DNA of 63,707 bases, filler included, from Olpidium bornovanus S191 (taxonomy: Eukaryota > Fungi > Olpidiomycota): NCBI GenBank assembly GCA_017911155.1. It is 34 parts of 34 records of this genome, joined end to end, with 100 filler letters (N's around TTAATTAATTAA, not from the genome) between each part and the next. Parts side by side here need not be neighbours in the genome. Positions count along the whole stretch, not along the records: positions 12,210 to 14,103 come from JAEFCI010010556.1; positions 14,204 to 16,947 come from JAEFCI010002955.1; positions 17,048 to 20,190 come from JAEFCI010002779.1; positions 20,291 to 21,695 come from JAEFCI010009398.1; positions 21,796 to 23,389 come from JAEFCI010012880.1; 29 more parts are not named here. The stretch is one strand, 5' to 3'. A program made the translations under genes and the position numbers. The notes below the pieces were generated by a model. It was not told the origin of the DNA. It did no database searches and was given only the letters and a program-made list of their open reading frames with translations. Below are positions 12,110 through 23,389 of this stretch, piece after piece. Every line of letters begins with the position of its first letter. Positions within the stretch are counted from its first letter, which is position 1.

Positions 12110-12925
12110 NNNNNNNNNNNNNNNNNNNNNNNNNNNNNNNNNNNNNNNNNNNNTTAATTAATTAANNNNNNNNNNNNNNNNNNNNNNNNNNNNNNNNNNN
12201 NNNNNNNNNAGCATCGGGGAGAAAGCCGCACGAGGTGGACTCGCACGCCCGCCGATCTGTACAGGCAAGAAGAGCGAAAGGCGTAGTCAAGCACGGTTCT
12301 ATCTTGGCCTCTTCGCGTCGGAAGCTCATGCGGCAGACTCTCGCCAGCCGCGGCAGAGATCGCGAGACTCTTCTCCGATAGCGGCTGGAGACCGCGCGTC
12401 AGCTGGCGTCGGAGGAGTTGTAAAGGAATAAACATTTTTTTGAGGGGCGCGCAAATCCACCAAGCCGGACAACCATCCTGCTGAAATGGAAGCGTCGCGA
12501 CTATCCGAACCGCACGGGGTGGAGGATGCCAATCTTTGTGCGCGTGCGCCGTGGCGGCGGCGGCAGGGCGGACGCACCCTACCCCAGAAACCGGCGGGGG
12601 TTCGAGTGTTCCACGCCTGCCCTGCTTCCGGCACGTTGACCGGTTGTTCTCAGGCAGCGGACCAAGACGCGACTTGCCGCGTTTTGCCGCGTCTGCGGGG
12701 TCTACGAAAGCGATGAAGCTAAAAAAAAAAAATTGATCCGCATGTTCGGCAAGAGTTTCGAAGTGTGTGCGCCGAGCGAGTCGAAACCACAGTGGAGGGG
12801 GGTTTCCGTCGCCGCGTAGGCCGTGGGCGACCGTGGGAAAACAACAGTCAATCCCGCTCACACCCGCGCTTTGGCCGTCGCTTTTCGTTCCCCGTCGCCC
12901 ACACACACACACACACACGCACACA

Positions 12926-13082
12926 GTGTTTACGTCGGCTTTGATGCAGAACGGCGCGAAGCTGCACATCGCGTCCAGGAAACTGAAGATCGCGGAGGAG
13001 ACGGCGAGGGGGCTGCGACGGGCGTTTTCCGAGGCGGGCGAGGGGACACCGCTGCAAACCGATCTCTGGACAAAACCGCAAG
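12926..13082 (+). CDS. Short-chain dehydrogenase/reductase-like exon fragment
   Basis: FTSALMQNGAKLHIASRKLKIAEETARGL..LQTDL resembles the SDR segment after TGxxxGxG. Flanked by cag acceptor and GT donor; cognate exons not found. Confidence 0.5.
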
Positions 13083-14203
13083 GTCTGTGTGCGAAGAACG
13101 AAAGAAACTGGGGCGAGAAAATTATAATTGATTTCCGGAGATCGTTATTTCAGAGGAGAAGAGGGGGGGGGGTCGCGCCCCCGCCCGCCGCCCTCGCCAT
13201 CGCCGCGGCTCTCGAGCCCGTTTCAAACCGCGGATCCCGCAGACGCCTTCCGGACGGCCAGCAGGGTCATCGCCGCCGACCATCGCCGCCGCCTTCGCCG
13301 CCTTCGCTACAGCTGCCGTCGCCGCCGCGGCTCCCAGCGCCCGCCTCACGCGCTCGCCCTGCCGGCGCCGCATCTCCCGCCGGCCCCGTCTGCTTTGCTG
13401 TCCCTAGTGCTCCCTCTGCCGCCGGCCAGGCAGGCCCTCGCGCCCGCGGGCCCCGGCACAGACGCCGGTCCCAACGCCCCTGCCGCTTTCGGAGTCCCTG
13501 ACGCCCGCGCAGGCACCGCGGGACAACCCCCGGCAGTAATAGGCAGCGAAGCCATCCCTTACCTAAACCCCGATTCCGGTACCCTAGCAAACGAAGCACT
13601 GCACCGGATCGAAGACCGCCTGGAAGCGGCGGAGGGCGACACGTCCTACGTATCATGCTTCCTATTAATTTTCCGCCCACCCTTTCGCTTCCGAATCTCT
13701 TAGAGCAAAGCTGGACTTTTTTACGGCATGCCGGAACCTCCTTTCCGTCCTACGGCTCGTTTTCCTGTCGTCTTCATAGAATTGCGATAACGAAATTGCT
13801 GACTCCTTCTTTTTTCAATCTGCACACGCAGAAGACAATTTTTGTATATCTTTGGTATATCTGCGCTGGTTTTTCTGCGGAAAACGAGAAACGCTTCGTT
13901 GTCCCGTTTTCGGTGCTGCAGGTGGTCCGCGGTCGGCGCGAATGGACAGCCGATGTGCGCGGTGGATACCCCAGATCTTTGAGGCCACCGGATGCACCGT
14001 CACCGGTGAGCGTGCGCGGAGCTCGTTTAGGGCGGGATGTTCCATAATTCTGTTTTGTGTCCTCACGGGGCCGACCTTAAGCTTCATGGCAGCAATCAAC
14101 CCCNNNNNNNNNNNNNNNNNNNNNNNNNNNNNNNNNNNNNNNNNNNNTTAATTAATTAANNNNNNNNNNNNNNNNNNNNNNNNNNNNNNNNNNNNNNNNN
14201 NNN

Positions 14204-14618
14204 CATGAAACACAAAAGGTTGGCACGCGCCTTGCCAAAAATGTGCGGTGGCCCAAAAGCAGCCGGTTCCCAAATCCACTGTACCGCTTCCAGAACGCAA
14301 AGTGGACAAATGTGTCAAACAGGAGATAATCACACTTGTTTCCTTGCGGGAGGCCGTGAACAACTGCAAAAACGAAGAACACTTTATCGCGCTTCAAATG
14401 TGGTAGCAGGTGCAAATAGCTTTGCAGAAGCCAGAAAAGCTTCAGCAAACACAACTGTAGCACTGCCAACTTGTCACTAGAACGTTTCCCGAGTCTTTTG
14501 TCTACCTTGACACATGTGCCAGCCATCATATGAGCCTTGACATCAGGCATTTCACAATCATTGATTGCTCAATGAAGACTCAACTCTTGATACACATACC
14601 CAGACGCCAAGTCGTCTA
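14204..14618 (+). mobile_element. Degenerate Ty1/copia gag-protease remnant
   Basis: One frame reads FVYLDTCASHHMSLDIRHF (copia WxLDSGASxHM protease motif) and has two in-frame TAG stops upstream. Confidence 0.6.
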
Positions 14619-15824
14619 ATACCACTGGCAATGTATCACGTGACCCATGTAGCGTCTAACCCCCCTCGCCGCCCATCTGTTAGCACTTCAGCGGGCGACA
14701 GCTGTTGATTAGTGGTTTTGATATGCAGGGTCTGCAATTCAAATAGCAGCATACGGCCAATTGATTCCTGGATCCACAAAACCAAATGACGGTGAGATGC
14801 TTGCACCATCTTGACCTCAGCGTGCTCCTTCGCGAAAGAAGGCTTCGACGAATTCCGAGATTCTGGGCCTTGATGAGGCATTACAGAAAGCGTGAGCTCA
14901 GATGGGGACCACTGCTTTCGCATAAACGAGCAACCACCGCGCAGGAAACAATTATTTCGCACAGGGAGATGCGGACACAGGCGAGGCGTTGGGTTGTTGG
15001 CTTTGCGAAAACTCGGAAGCCGCCTCGCGACCGCCATTCACAGCCGCCACGGGTTAGCTGCTCGGAAATAAAAAAAAAATACGAGCGGAAGTGCGTGCTA
15101 TATAAACGGTGGGCCCCCGGCCGATCTTCTCCTTCTTCTTCCCGTTTGCAGTGTTTCGGGAAACATCCGGCACTTCTTGCCTGCGGGTAGGAAGACCGCA
15201 AATATTTTTTCGACTGCGGTTTTTCTCCGGAAAAAGACCCGCGGCGGGCTTACCACCGCGCTGGCCCAGGCGGGGGCATCGTACACGCGGCACCACCGCC
15301 GGAGCGCCTAAACAAACAACAACAGCACACAACAACAACGCGGGACGCGCAGCCAGCTCGGCCCACCGAACGTTCGTCATCCCCTGGCAGGCGAACGCTC
15401 GTTCGTGACCAAGCACAACAGACCGATGATGGTAAGAGGAGGCGGCTTCTGGAGCGCCCTGCGATCAAGGACGGCGATTGTCGACGGGAACGACAGCGAC
15501 TGATATGCGCCCCCCCCGCCCCGCCTCCCCAACCGCCGACACGGACCTCAATCCGCTATGGTCGGCTCGACGGTCTGCCCCGTCTATCCCCGGGGAGTAC
15601 TCATACACCCGGGAGTGCGCTGTATGTGGCAGGCCGTGGGCAAACTAGCCCGATCTGCCTGCTCCGTTGTGGCGTTGGATGCCCCCACAGAGGCTTGCGG
15701 ACATATCCGTGCTGCGGCGTTCGTTTTCGATGGGTTTGGATTGCAAATCGTATCGCTCACACGCCGCCTGGTGGACGTGAAATAGCCTTCAGCGCAGCCG
15801 GCGAGTGGTGACCTGCGGCCCGCC

Positions 15825-16600
15825 GTGGTGTCGAGCCACGAGGCGGAGCTGGCGACGATATCCGACTCGCTGGTCGTGCTTGCGAAAACCACTAGGCAGC
15901 TGGGCGAGTTCACTAGGGGGCTCGCGGACCGCATGGGACGGATCGAGACCAAACTGGACGCGCTTGTCGAGACGTTGACCAGGAGGTTGTCAAGCAAAGA
16001 CGATTGTGTTTTTGTTTTTGGAATCTTGCGCGAGTGGCTTTTTTCGCTGCATACTTACGCCAAGGCCCGTCGCCGAAATGATTACTCAGCCCGGCGACGC
16101 AAAGCGTCGCGATGCTTGCTTTGACGTCGTCGCAGAAGCGGGCGCATGTTTGCGAGGACGGCGGAGAGGCTGTCGGAAGGAGTGCGCCAGCGCAGAGGAC
16201 CTCCTTTCCACTGTTCTCGCAGTCCCAGAACTCGGCGTACACAGATCCACCCTCTCCCCTCCTGCAAACGAAGGCCCGCTTGGATACTGCTGGCGAGGCG
16301 GTTTCTTCCAACGCGCCCGATGGCAAGGGCGACGATGTCGTGATGAACGACGCCGCGCATCTAGACGCTGAAGTGTTCGCAAACGTGGATCCCAGCGGCC
16401 AGCAACAGCAGAACCCTGGCGAAGCCGGAGCGGGGTCCCAGGAAGGTGGGGTACAGAACGGAGCCGGCAGGGCTGGCAAATCAAAGAGCGGCGACCGGGA
16501 GGACGAGGAGGACGAGGAGGACGAAGAGGAGGAGGCGCGGGAAGAAGTGGACACCCAGGTTCTCAACGAGACGCAGAGCTTGTTGGCTGAGCTGGAGTGA
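15825..16600 (+). CDS. Hypothetical protein (predicted coiled coil, then acidic low-complexity tail), probably spliced
   Basis: LGEFTRGLADRMGRIETKLDALVETL heptad pattern, then a second frame ending EDEEDEEDEEEE..LLAELE*. Intron position unresolved. Confidence 0.4.
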
Positions 16601-18242
16601 CCAACACTCAGCGGAAGCCGGCTGCGGGTGGGTTCGCCTTCTCCGGTAACCTTGATTTTGCTTTTAACTCCAAAATCAACTCACCGAGAAATCCCCGTTT
16701 GCGCATTTCCTCGAGTTCTGGGACGGTATGTCCTGTTTCACGTACTGTACATGTCATTTCCATCTTCCTTTGTCGCGCATTTCCACATCCCCCAGGCAGG
16801 AAATCAAATATCCGTTCCCTAACCCAACATGCTTGTCCTTCTCCCCCCACTTCTCGCTCCATACCTCAACGGCTGCTGTCTCCCTCTGTTTCGACCATTA
16901 GTACTGTTTAAACCCACTGTGCCAATCGACCTGTGACATCTTAGTAGNNNNNNNNNNNNNNNNNNNNNNNNNNNNNNNNNNNNNNNNNNNNTTAATTAAT
17001 TAANNNNNNNNNNNNNNNNNNNNNNNNNNNNNNNNNNNNNNNNNNNNAGACGCTGGCGCGGGAGGTTAGCAGAGGCCGCCGGAAGTGAAAAGGAGAAGGA
17101 ACACCGGTGCCCCCGTGATACGGAGGTATGCGCCTACCAAAAATACAAAGAAACGGCGGGCCCCCGCCAAGAAATAGTGATAATGCACGCTACTCCGCCG
17201 GCCCCCCCCCGCCCTTCCTTTTTTCTTTACGTTTTTGATAAGACGCCCACAAATTCAGAGGTCCCGACCATCCGCACCTTCAAAATACTCAAGTGCAATG
17301 TGCCGAACCGGTTGCCGTGGCGTGCGGCGTGAACATGGCTGGCATCGGTGCCACGTCGATCTCGGCAAGTAGTAACCAGAACTCATTCCTTATCTACGAA
17401 CGGACTCAAAGGTCAATGAGTTAATGAGCCTTGATCCGGCATGGCCTGTTCTTCCTGTGAGCGGCCGTGAGGGTTCAAAGGGTCCATATGACAGGAAAAA
17501 GGGCTTTCGGGATCCTGGGGAACGTTCGCAAATGTACGCAGCTTTCACAGCGCCGCCATGCGCCGCACCACCCTCCTCCCTTCCTTCCGAAGCCCCCGAA
17601 AATTCAGGTGTTCCGAACCACGCCGCAACTTCCAACGGCGAATCCTTGCCGCGGTGTGCGCGGTGCTAAGGGGCCGTCTGCGGCGCGCGCTGCCATAGAT
17701 TGGAAAAATTGCGGCACGAGAAACAAGCCTCGCCAGCAATCACGCTCCTCTGGGTACATCGAGATGCAGACGGCTTAGAGGGCTCCTGCGAAGGTCAACG
17801 GACGGGGTTCGAGGCCGAGTTTACGCGATTTCCGCGGGTCGTTTGATCAGAGGGTCTCCGCTTGTGAGAACATCTCTCCACAACGACCCGGTTCTTTTTT
17901 TATTTTTTATTTTGCTTTCGGTCTGTGCCGACGTTTCAAGCCTCCCCCAGGCTCGGCGAGTGTTTATACATATATGTGTATATGTATATACATGTGCATA
18001 TTTGTGTATGCATGACTGTCATGTGTATAAATAGCTCTCGTCCTAAATCTAAACGTACCTTGTCCCGTGTGACTCCGCCCTGCAGGCGATTCCGCGGACA
18101 ACGAAAAGTCCTTCCGCCTTCCCCACACAGAGGCAGGCACGGCCCGCTCCTCCTCCCCCCGGTCGCTCCGCCGCAGCCGCCCGGCGGCACCACCCCGGCC
18201 CCACCTCGCCCTAGCCCGCCTCCCAAGATCCCCCCGTTTGCC

Positions 18243-19817
18243 ATGCCGCACGTCGCCCGCAAGCGCGAGGCCCACGCGGTGGTCCTGGCGCCGCCGGCGA
18301 TGGGCCACGCGATCCCCGCGCTGGAGCTCGTCGAGAGGCTGTCTTCCCGCCTCCGCGTAACGCTCATGATCCCGGGGCCCTTTTTCGACACGCTGCTCAA
18401 GCGCGGGATCCTGCAGGAAGAGGGCGGCCGCGCGCCGAAAGGAGCTGCCGGAGGGAGCGGCGCCGTCAACTTCGATCCGGGCCGCGTCCGCCTCGTGCGC
18501 ATCGAGGGGCTGCCGCCGTTCCCCGTCGGCCCCTATGACGGACTCGGCATGGTTATCACCAGCCTCCGAGCTTACCGGCCCGCGCTGGAGAAATGCTTTC
18601 GGGAAGCGTCGGAACAGTTCGGTTGGGCCGCGGAAGCACCGGCGTCGGAGCCCGACGTCGACGCCCGCGCGAAGGCCGCCGGCTGGTGGCCTGAACCCCC
18701 GACGGCTCTCGCGGCAGACTTCCTCTGCGTCGATCCTCTGATCAGGGCCGCGCGCGCCGTTCCGGTCCTGAAGGAGCTGCCGACGTTCACGCTGTTCCCC
18801 GGCAACCGGCGCGCGATCTTCGACTTGTTTAAGGAACATCCAGACGAACTCGACGAAGAGGAGCTTCCGGAGGTTCCGGACGACGGCCCGGTATCAAAAG
18901 ACCAGTGGCGGCGCGAGTTCATCGACGGGACAAATCTGCTCAAACCGGGAGGGCACCCGAAGCTATTCAAGCTGTTGTTTTCGATGGCATCCAGGGGCAT
19001 AAAGCGGAGCAGCGGCTGCCTGGTTGATACGTTCGAAGAACTGGAGCAGGCGGCGGACGCCGACCGCCCCAGGTCGTGCCCGTCTTTCCCCATGCACAGC
19101 GTGGGCCCGCTGTGCGCGTGGAGCATGCGCGAAGAAGGGCAGCCGCTCATCGCCGGATCTGCCGAGTACCAGGCCATCGTGTCCTGGCTGGACGCGCAGC
19201 CGCCGCGCTCTGTCATCTACGTCGCCTTCGGGAGTGTGTTTACCCTTGAAGAGGACCAGATTCGTCAGCTCGAGACGGCCATGTTCTGCTCCGGGCACCC
19301 GTTCCTGTGGTCTCTGCGGCTCGAAAGTCAGCAGCCGCTGCTGTCGCCCGAGACCCTGTCGAACCGCAGGTCCCCGGACGTTTCTTCCATAAAAGTTCCG
19401 GGGACAGCAGGGAAATCGCCGGCGCTGTTCGTCGACTGGTGCCCGCAGCGCGCCGTCCTCGCACACCCCGCCGTCGGCGGCTTCGTTAGCCATTGCGGGT
19501 GGAACAGCTCGATCGAGTCCGTCGCCGCCGGGGTGCCGGTGATTGCCTGGCCCCTCGGCGCCGAACAGCACGTCAACGCGCAGTTCCTGGTGGATCGCAA
19601 GCTTGCCGTGCCGATGCGCCAACCCCAGGTGTTCGGCCGCACGGTCCCCGCCGGCGAAATCGCGTCTGCCGTGCGCGAGCTATTCGAAGGCCGGCCCGAG
19701 GGCGCCGGGTCGAAGACGCGCGGCGACGTGGCCCGGGACTTCGCGGAGAAAGCGAGGCGCGCCGTCGGCCCCGGTGGAAGCAGCTGGGCAAACTTGGAAA
19801 AGTTTCCTTTCTATTGA
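18243..19817 (+). CDS. Intronless family-1 UDP-glycosyltransferase with plant-type PSPG box (524 aa)
   Basis: HAVVLAPPAMGHAIPALELVERL (catalytic His), ADF (partner Asp), SVIYVAFGS, FLWSLR, PSPG WCPQRAVLAHPAVGGFVSHCGWNSSIESVAAGVPVIAWPLGAEQ (19437-19568), C-terminal GGSSWANLEKF. Complete ORF. Confidence 0.97.
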   Translation: MPHVARKREAHAVVLAPPAMGHAIPALELVERLSSRLRVTLMIPGPFFDTLLKRGILQEEGGRAPKGAAGGSGAVNFDPGRVRLVRIEGLPPFPVGPYDGLGMVITSLRAYRPALEKCFREASEQFGWAAEAPASEPDVDARAKAAGWWPEPPTALAADFLCVDPLIRAARAVPVLKELPTFTLFPGNRRAIFDLFKEHPDELDEEELPEVPDDGPVSKDQWRREFIDGTNLLKPGGHPKLFKLLFSMASRGIKRSSGCLVDTFEELEQAADADRPRSCPSFPMHSVGPLCAWSMREEGQPLIAGSAEYQAIVSWLDAQPPRSVIYVAFGSVFTLEEDQIRQLETAMFCSGHPFLWSLRLESQQPLLSPETLSNRRSPDVSSIKVPGTAGKSPALFVDWCPQRAVLAHPAVGGFVSHCGWNSSIESVAAGVPVIAWPLGAEQHVNAQFLVDRKLAVPMRQPQVFGRTVPAGEIASAVRELFEGRPEGAGSKTRGDVARDFAEKARRAVGPGGSSWANLEKFPFY

Positions 19818-19974
19818 GTTCCAATCCCCCTCCGTGCCACCCCATACTGTTGTCACGCGGGTTCGTTTCCATTTTTCCCACTCGGCCCCTACCGGCTGCA
19901 TATTTTTTTTTCACCCCAGTCTGGTGAAAAGTTTCTCGTTGTGCTACGCCGTTTCCCCCGGATCATAATTTTTT

Positions 19975-20013
<39 letters not shown>

Positions 20014-20290
20014 TCGCGTCGACGCCGGCTTTCGCGTCTACTGTAGTTTCTTTTTATTAAATTTTTTTTTCCTGCTTGGGAGCGCCAAGAACGCGGGAGA
20101 AAAAGAGAGATTTTGTCAAGGCGGAGAGCGGGGGTCAGTTGACCGCTGGGGAGGCTTTTGCGCGGTTGTCGAAAAGGGCAAACATCATGGNNNNNNNNNN
20201 NNNNNNNNNNNNNNNNNNNNNNNNNNNNNNNNNNTTAATTAATTAANNNNNNNNNNNNNNNNNNNNNNNNNNNNNNNNNNNNNNNNNNNN

Positions 20291-21583
20291 AAACGTGGAA
20301 TCAACGGGCATCATTCCAGGTGGATGTATACCCATAGGGAACCCGGGCGGCAACGGCAGGCCGAGGCTCATCATCATTTCTGGCGTCATCGAAGGAAAAA
20401 ACGGTGACATGGCCAGCGCCGGCACGCTTGCGGAAATGTTCCACCTCGCTTCCGCCTGATTGCTGCTGGCGCTGCCCGCCGGGCCGACGCTATGCTGCGG
20501 TGGCCGCGAGTAGGGATTCATACGGTCACCGAGACGAGACTGAACCGGGGCCTTCCTCGGACGATTCGCGCTCGGAGCAGGAGGAGTTTGAGACGCACTG
20601 CGCATTCTCTGCTCCGCTTCAGTTCCCCTAAATGTGCGATCCCGTGGAAACCATTGGGTGTTTCTTGGGTTTGCTATAGTGGGCGCAGCCCCGTTTGGCC
20701 GTTGGTCGTCGCTCTCGAGGTAACGACGCAGCTCATCAACAGCTGCAGGCAACCAACCGCCGCAGACGGCGAAAACGTTATTTTCATCTGAGGCGGAAAG
20801 CGAACCAACGCGGGAGCGTTTTTCAGGGCTCACTTTCAGAACTGCCGGCATTAGCCTCGTTCCGCAGGGCACCGCCAATCGCGTTCGTGAATATGCGGGC
20901 GCTGCCTGTCGGATGCCTTGCACCTTCGCGACGAGGAGATCTGACGAGCAAACCAGACGGTCAATACGCTTTGACAGCTTTCTCTGATGCTGGACGCAAA
21001 GTTGTACACTAGTGACCAAATGCCGTGCCTTCTGGTTTCGTGCCGGTGTCCTCGCAACGGCTCGCGGCGCTCCACTGGCGCCGACTGAGCGGGAGAAGTA
21101 GCGGGCCCATCAACATGTTGTTCTGCAACGGGAGAGACTGCAGCTGCTGGTTCTACTGCAGGGTATGCAGTAGTGCGTCGCAAAAGCCGTCAGGCCAGCT
21201 TGGAGCGAGGAAAAACGACGCGAGTCGTACGTACACGATGCAAGCCCCGGTGCTATTTTCCCAAGAGCCTGGAACAAAGACTGGCCGAACGCGGGGTCAT
21301 AATCACCGCCGATGACTAAAGGTAACCCCGGCCGCGGTCGTCAGCCGTGGTTTTTCGCAAAACAGCAAAAAAAAGAGAGGTGAAGGTTTGGAAAAGGACT
21401 GACGTTCCCTAAGCTCGCTGTTAACGGTATGGAGCGACTTATTGTTGATAATCATGACTGTGAAAAACGGGACGCGGCAGCGGCGCGGTGAAAAAAAAAA
21501 AAAACGGGAAACAAGCCGGCAAGGGGAACGCGCGCAAACGGCATAAACCACTCCACCTGTGACATATTCTGCAAGCACTTCGC
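20291..21583 (-). CDS. NAB2: Nuclear polyadenylated RNA-binding protein Nab2/ZC3H14-like, N-terminal PWI-like domain and linker (partial)
   Basis: Spliced small exons give EVLAEYVTVMIINNKSLHTVNSELRELIGGDYDPAFGQSLFQAL, matching the fungal Nab2 N-terminal pattern (AEYITIMIINNK..ELxDLIGxDFDPxF) as I recall it. Confidence 0.8.
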
Positions 21584-21796
21584 CTGTCGCAGAAAGCCAA
21601 AGAAAAGGATAAGCCGTTGCCGCTGCCGCCGCCGCCGGGGAGGGGGGGACGCGGACGCGTTTCCCGGGGGGGGGGGAAGGGGGGGGAGAGAGAGANNNNN
21701 NNNNNNNNNNNNNNNNNNNNNNNNNNNNNNNNNNNNNNNTTAATTAATTAANNNNNNNNNNNNNNNNNNNNNNNNNNNNNNNNNNNNNNNNNNNNC

Positions 21797-23389
21797 ATGA
21801 AGGAAACGGCGCACGGCGCAGAGTCAGGGACCGGGGTTGCGACGCTGCCGGGAGACGGTTCCGGCCCGGCTTCGCCTGTACTTGCCGAAAACCGAAGCAC
21901 CGACGAACAGGGACTCGTGCGAAATACCGAGACGGATCCGCTGCCACCTCAGAACAGTCCGGATGAAATCGGAGAGCCCGTCGAACGGCGTCTGCAATCA
22001 TCGGCACGTGCTCCAAACAACACGAGCGCCTCGGAACGGACTCCCGCGAGGAACGCAGGGCGTGAAAACGGCACATCTAAAGTACGACTACCCAACACCG
22101 CCCAAAAGACGACCGGCCCGTCGTCACACGCGGCGGGGCGGAGTTCGGCTCACAGGAAGTCCACGGCCAGCGTTGCGTTTGGCGACTCGGAAGCTTCCGC
22201 GTCCTTCCCGCTGGCGGGAAGGTCCAGGCCGCCGAGGTCAACGCCGGCAACTTTAACGCCGGCAACTTTGCCGAACGGCCAGATCGGGCCAAAGACCGCG
22301 ACCGCAAAATTGCCGTCGGGTCCGGCTTCGCGCGCGGCCGCGGCACCAATTCGCAGGGCTTCGGCTCCCAGTCTGACCAACAGGCAGAAGCTCAATGCCA
22401 CTCCCCCGTCCGCCGCGCCGGGCGCGGTCGCTCCAGCCGGCTCGCCGTCGACCGGTCCGCACGGAACCGCCGCGTCCGCTCCTGCACGTCGGCGGTCGCC
22501 GGAGACCACGGCAGCAGCTGCCGCAAGTCCGGCAGGCGCGAAGAACAGTTTCGCCCGCTCCTCTTCCCTGCCATCGCTCGCGAGACCAAGCCTCGCCGGC
22601 CTCCCGTCGACCAGCCCGCACGGAACCGCCGCGTCCGCTCCCGCACGTCGGCGGTCGGCGGAGACCACGGCGGTTGCCGCAAGTCCGGCAGGCGCGAAGG
22701 GCGGTTTGACCCGCTCCCCTTCCCTGCCATCGCCCGCGAAACCAAACCTCGCCGGCCTCCCGTCGGCCAGTCCGCGCGGGACCGCCGCGTCCGCTCCTGC
22801 GCGCCAGCGGTCGGCGGGAACGATCGCGGTCGCCGCCAGTACGGGCGGCGCGAGGGGCGGCTTCACCCGCTCACCCTCCTTGCCGTCGCTTGCGAAGCCA
22901 GACTTCGCCGGCGTGCCGTCGACCGGTCCGCGCGTAACTGCCGCGTTCGCTCCTGCACGCCCGCGGTCGGCGGATAAGGCGGCCGCCGCCGTTAGTATGC
23001 CGGGCGCGAGGGGCGGTGTTACCAGCTCCCCTTCCGTGTCGTCGCCCGTAAAACCAAACTTCGCCGGCAGCACCGGAGAATCGGCGGCAGGAGAAGGAGC
23101 CCAACCGCGGTCCGCACCCTTTCTTTCGCCGTCAAAGATACCCATCAAGAAGTCGGCATCATTTCCCTCTCTCAGCGAGGTGGGACGCTGACGAGCGGCG
23201 CACCCGTCTTTTTCTCATCGCCGGGATCGATCGTTAGAAATATAGTCGGGAGCTTACCAAGAGCTTTTTGCCTTTTCTTTTTTTTTTTTTTTGGCAGGGT
23301 TCGCACGCACGGCAAAAGTCCATCGCGGCGGTTGGTTTAGAGAAAGAGAACGAGGAACTGAAAAGGCGCGTGGAGGAACTGGAGGCATG
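21797..23389 (+). CDS. Ser/Pro/Ala-rich protein with internal repeats, followed after an intron by a coiled coil (partial)
   Basis: Open frame of ~460 codons, GT donor near 23180, acceptor ttggcag, then in-frame GSHARQKSIAAVGLEKENEELKRRVEELEA. Confidence 0.7.
22445..23069 (+). repeat. Coding tandem repeat, ~156 bp x4 (52-53 aa units)
   Basis: Units start at CCGTCG at 22445, 22604, 22760, 22916. Consensus PSTGPHGTAASAPARRRS..AASPAGAKGGFTRSPSLPSLAKPxxAG. Confidence 0.93.

Noticed and set aside
14152-14550. Minus-strand 132-aa ORF as a gene
   Set aside because: It is antisense to a plus-strand copia protease motif and has no motif of its own.
17925-18242. 106-aa N-terminal extension of the UGT in the ORF track
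   Set aside because: It starts at a non-ATG codon and runs through a TA microsatellite and a Pro-rich leader. The ATG at 18243 sits just before the conserved first beta-strand.
17048-20190. UGT contig as simple host-plant contamination
   Set aside because: GC-rich codons and long T tracts match the fungal contigs. Not formally excluded without coverage data.
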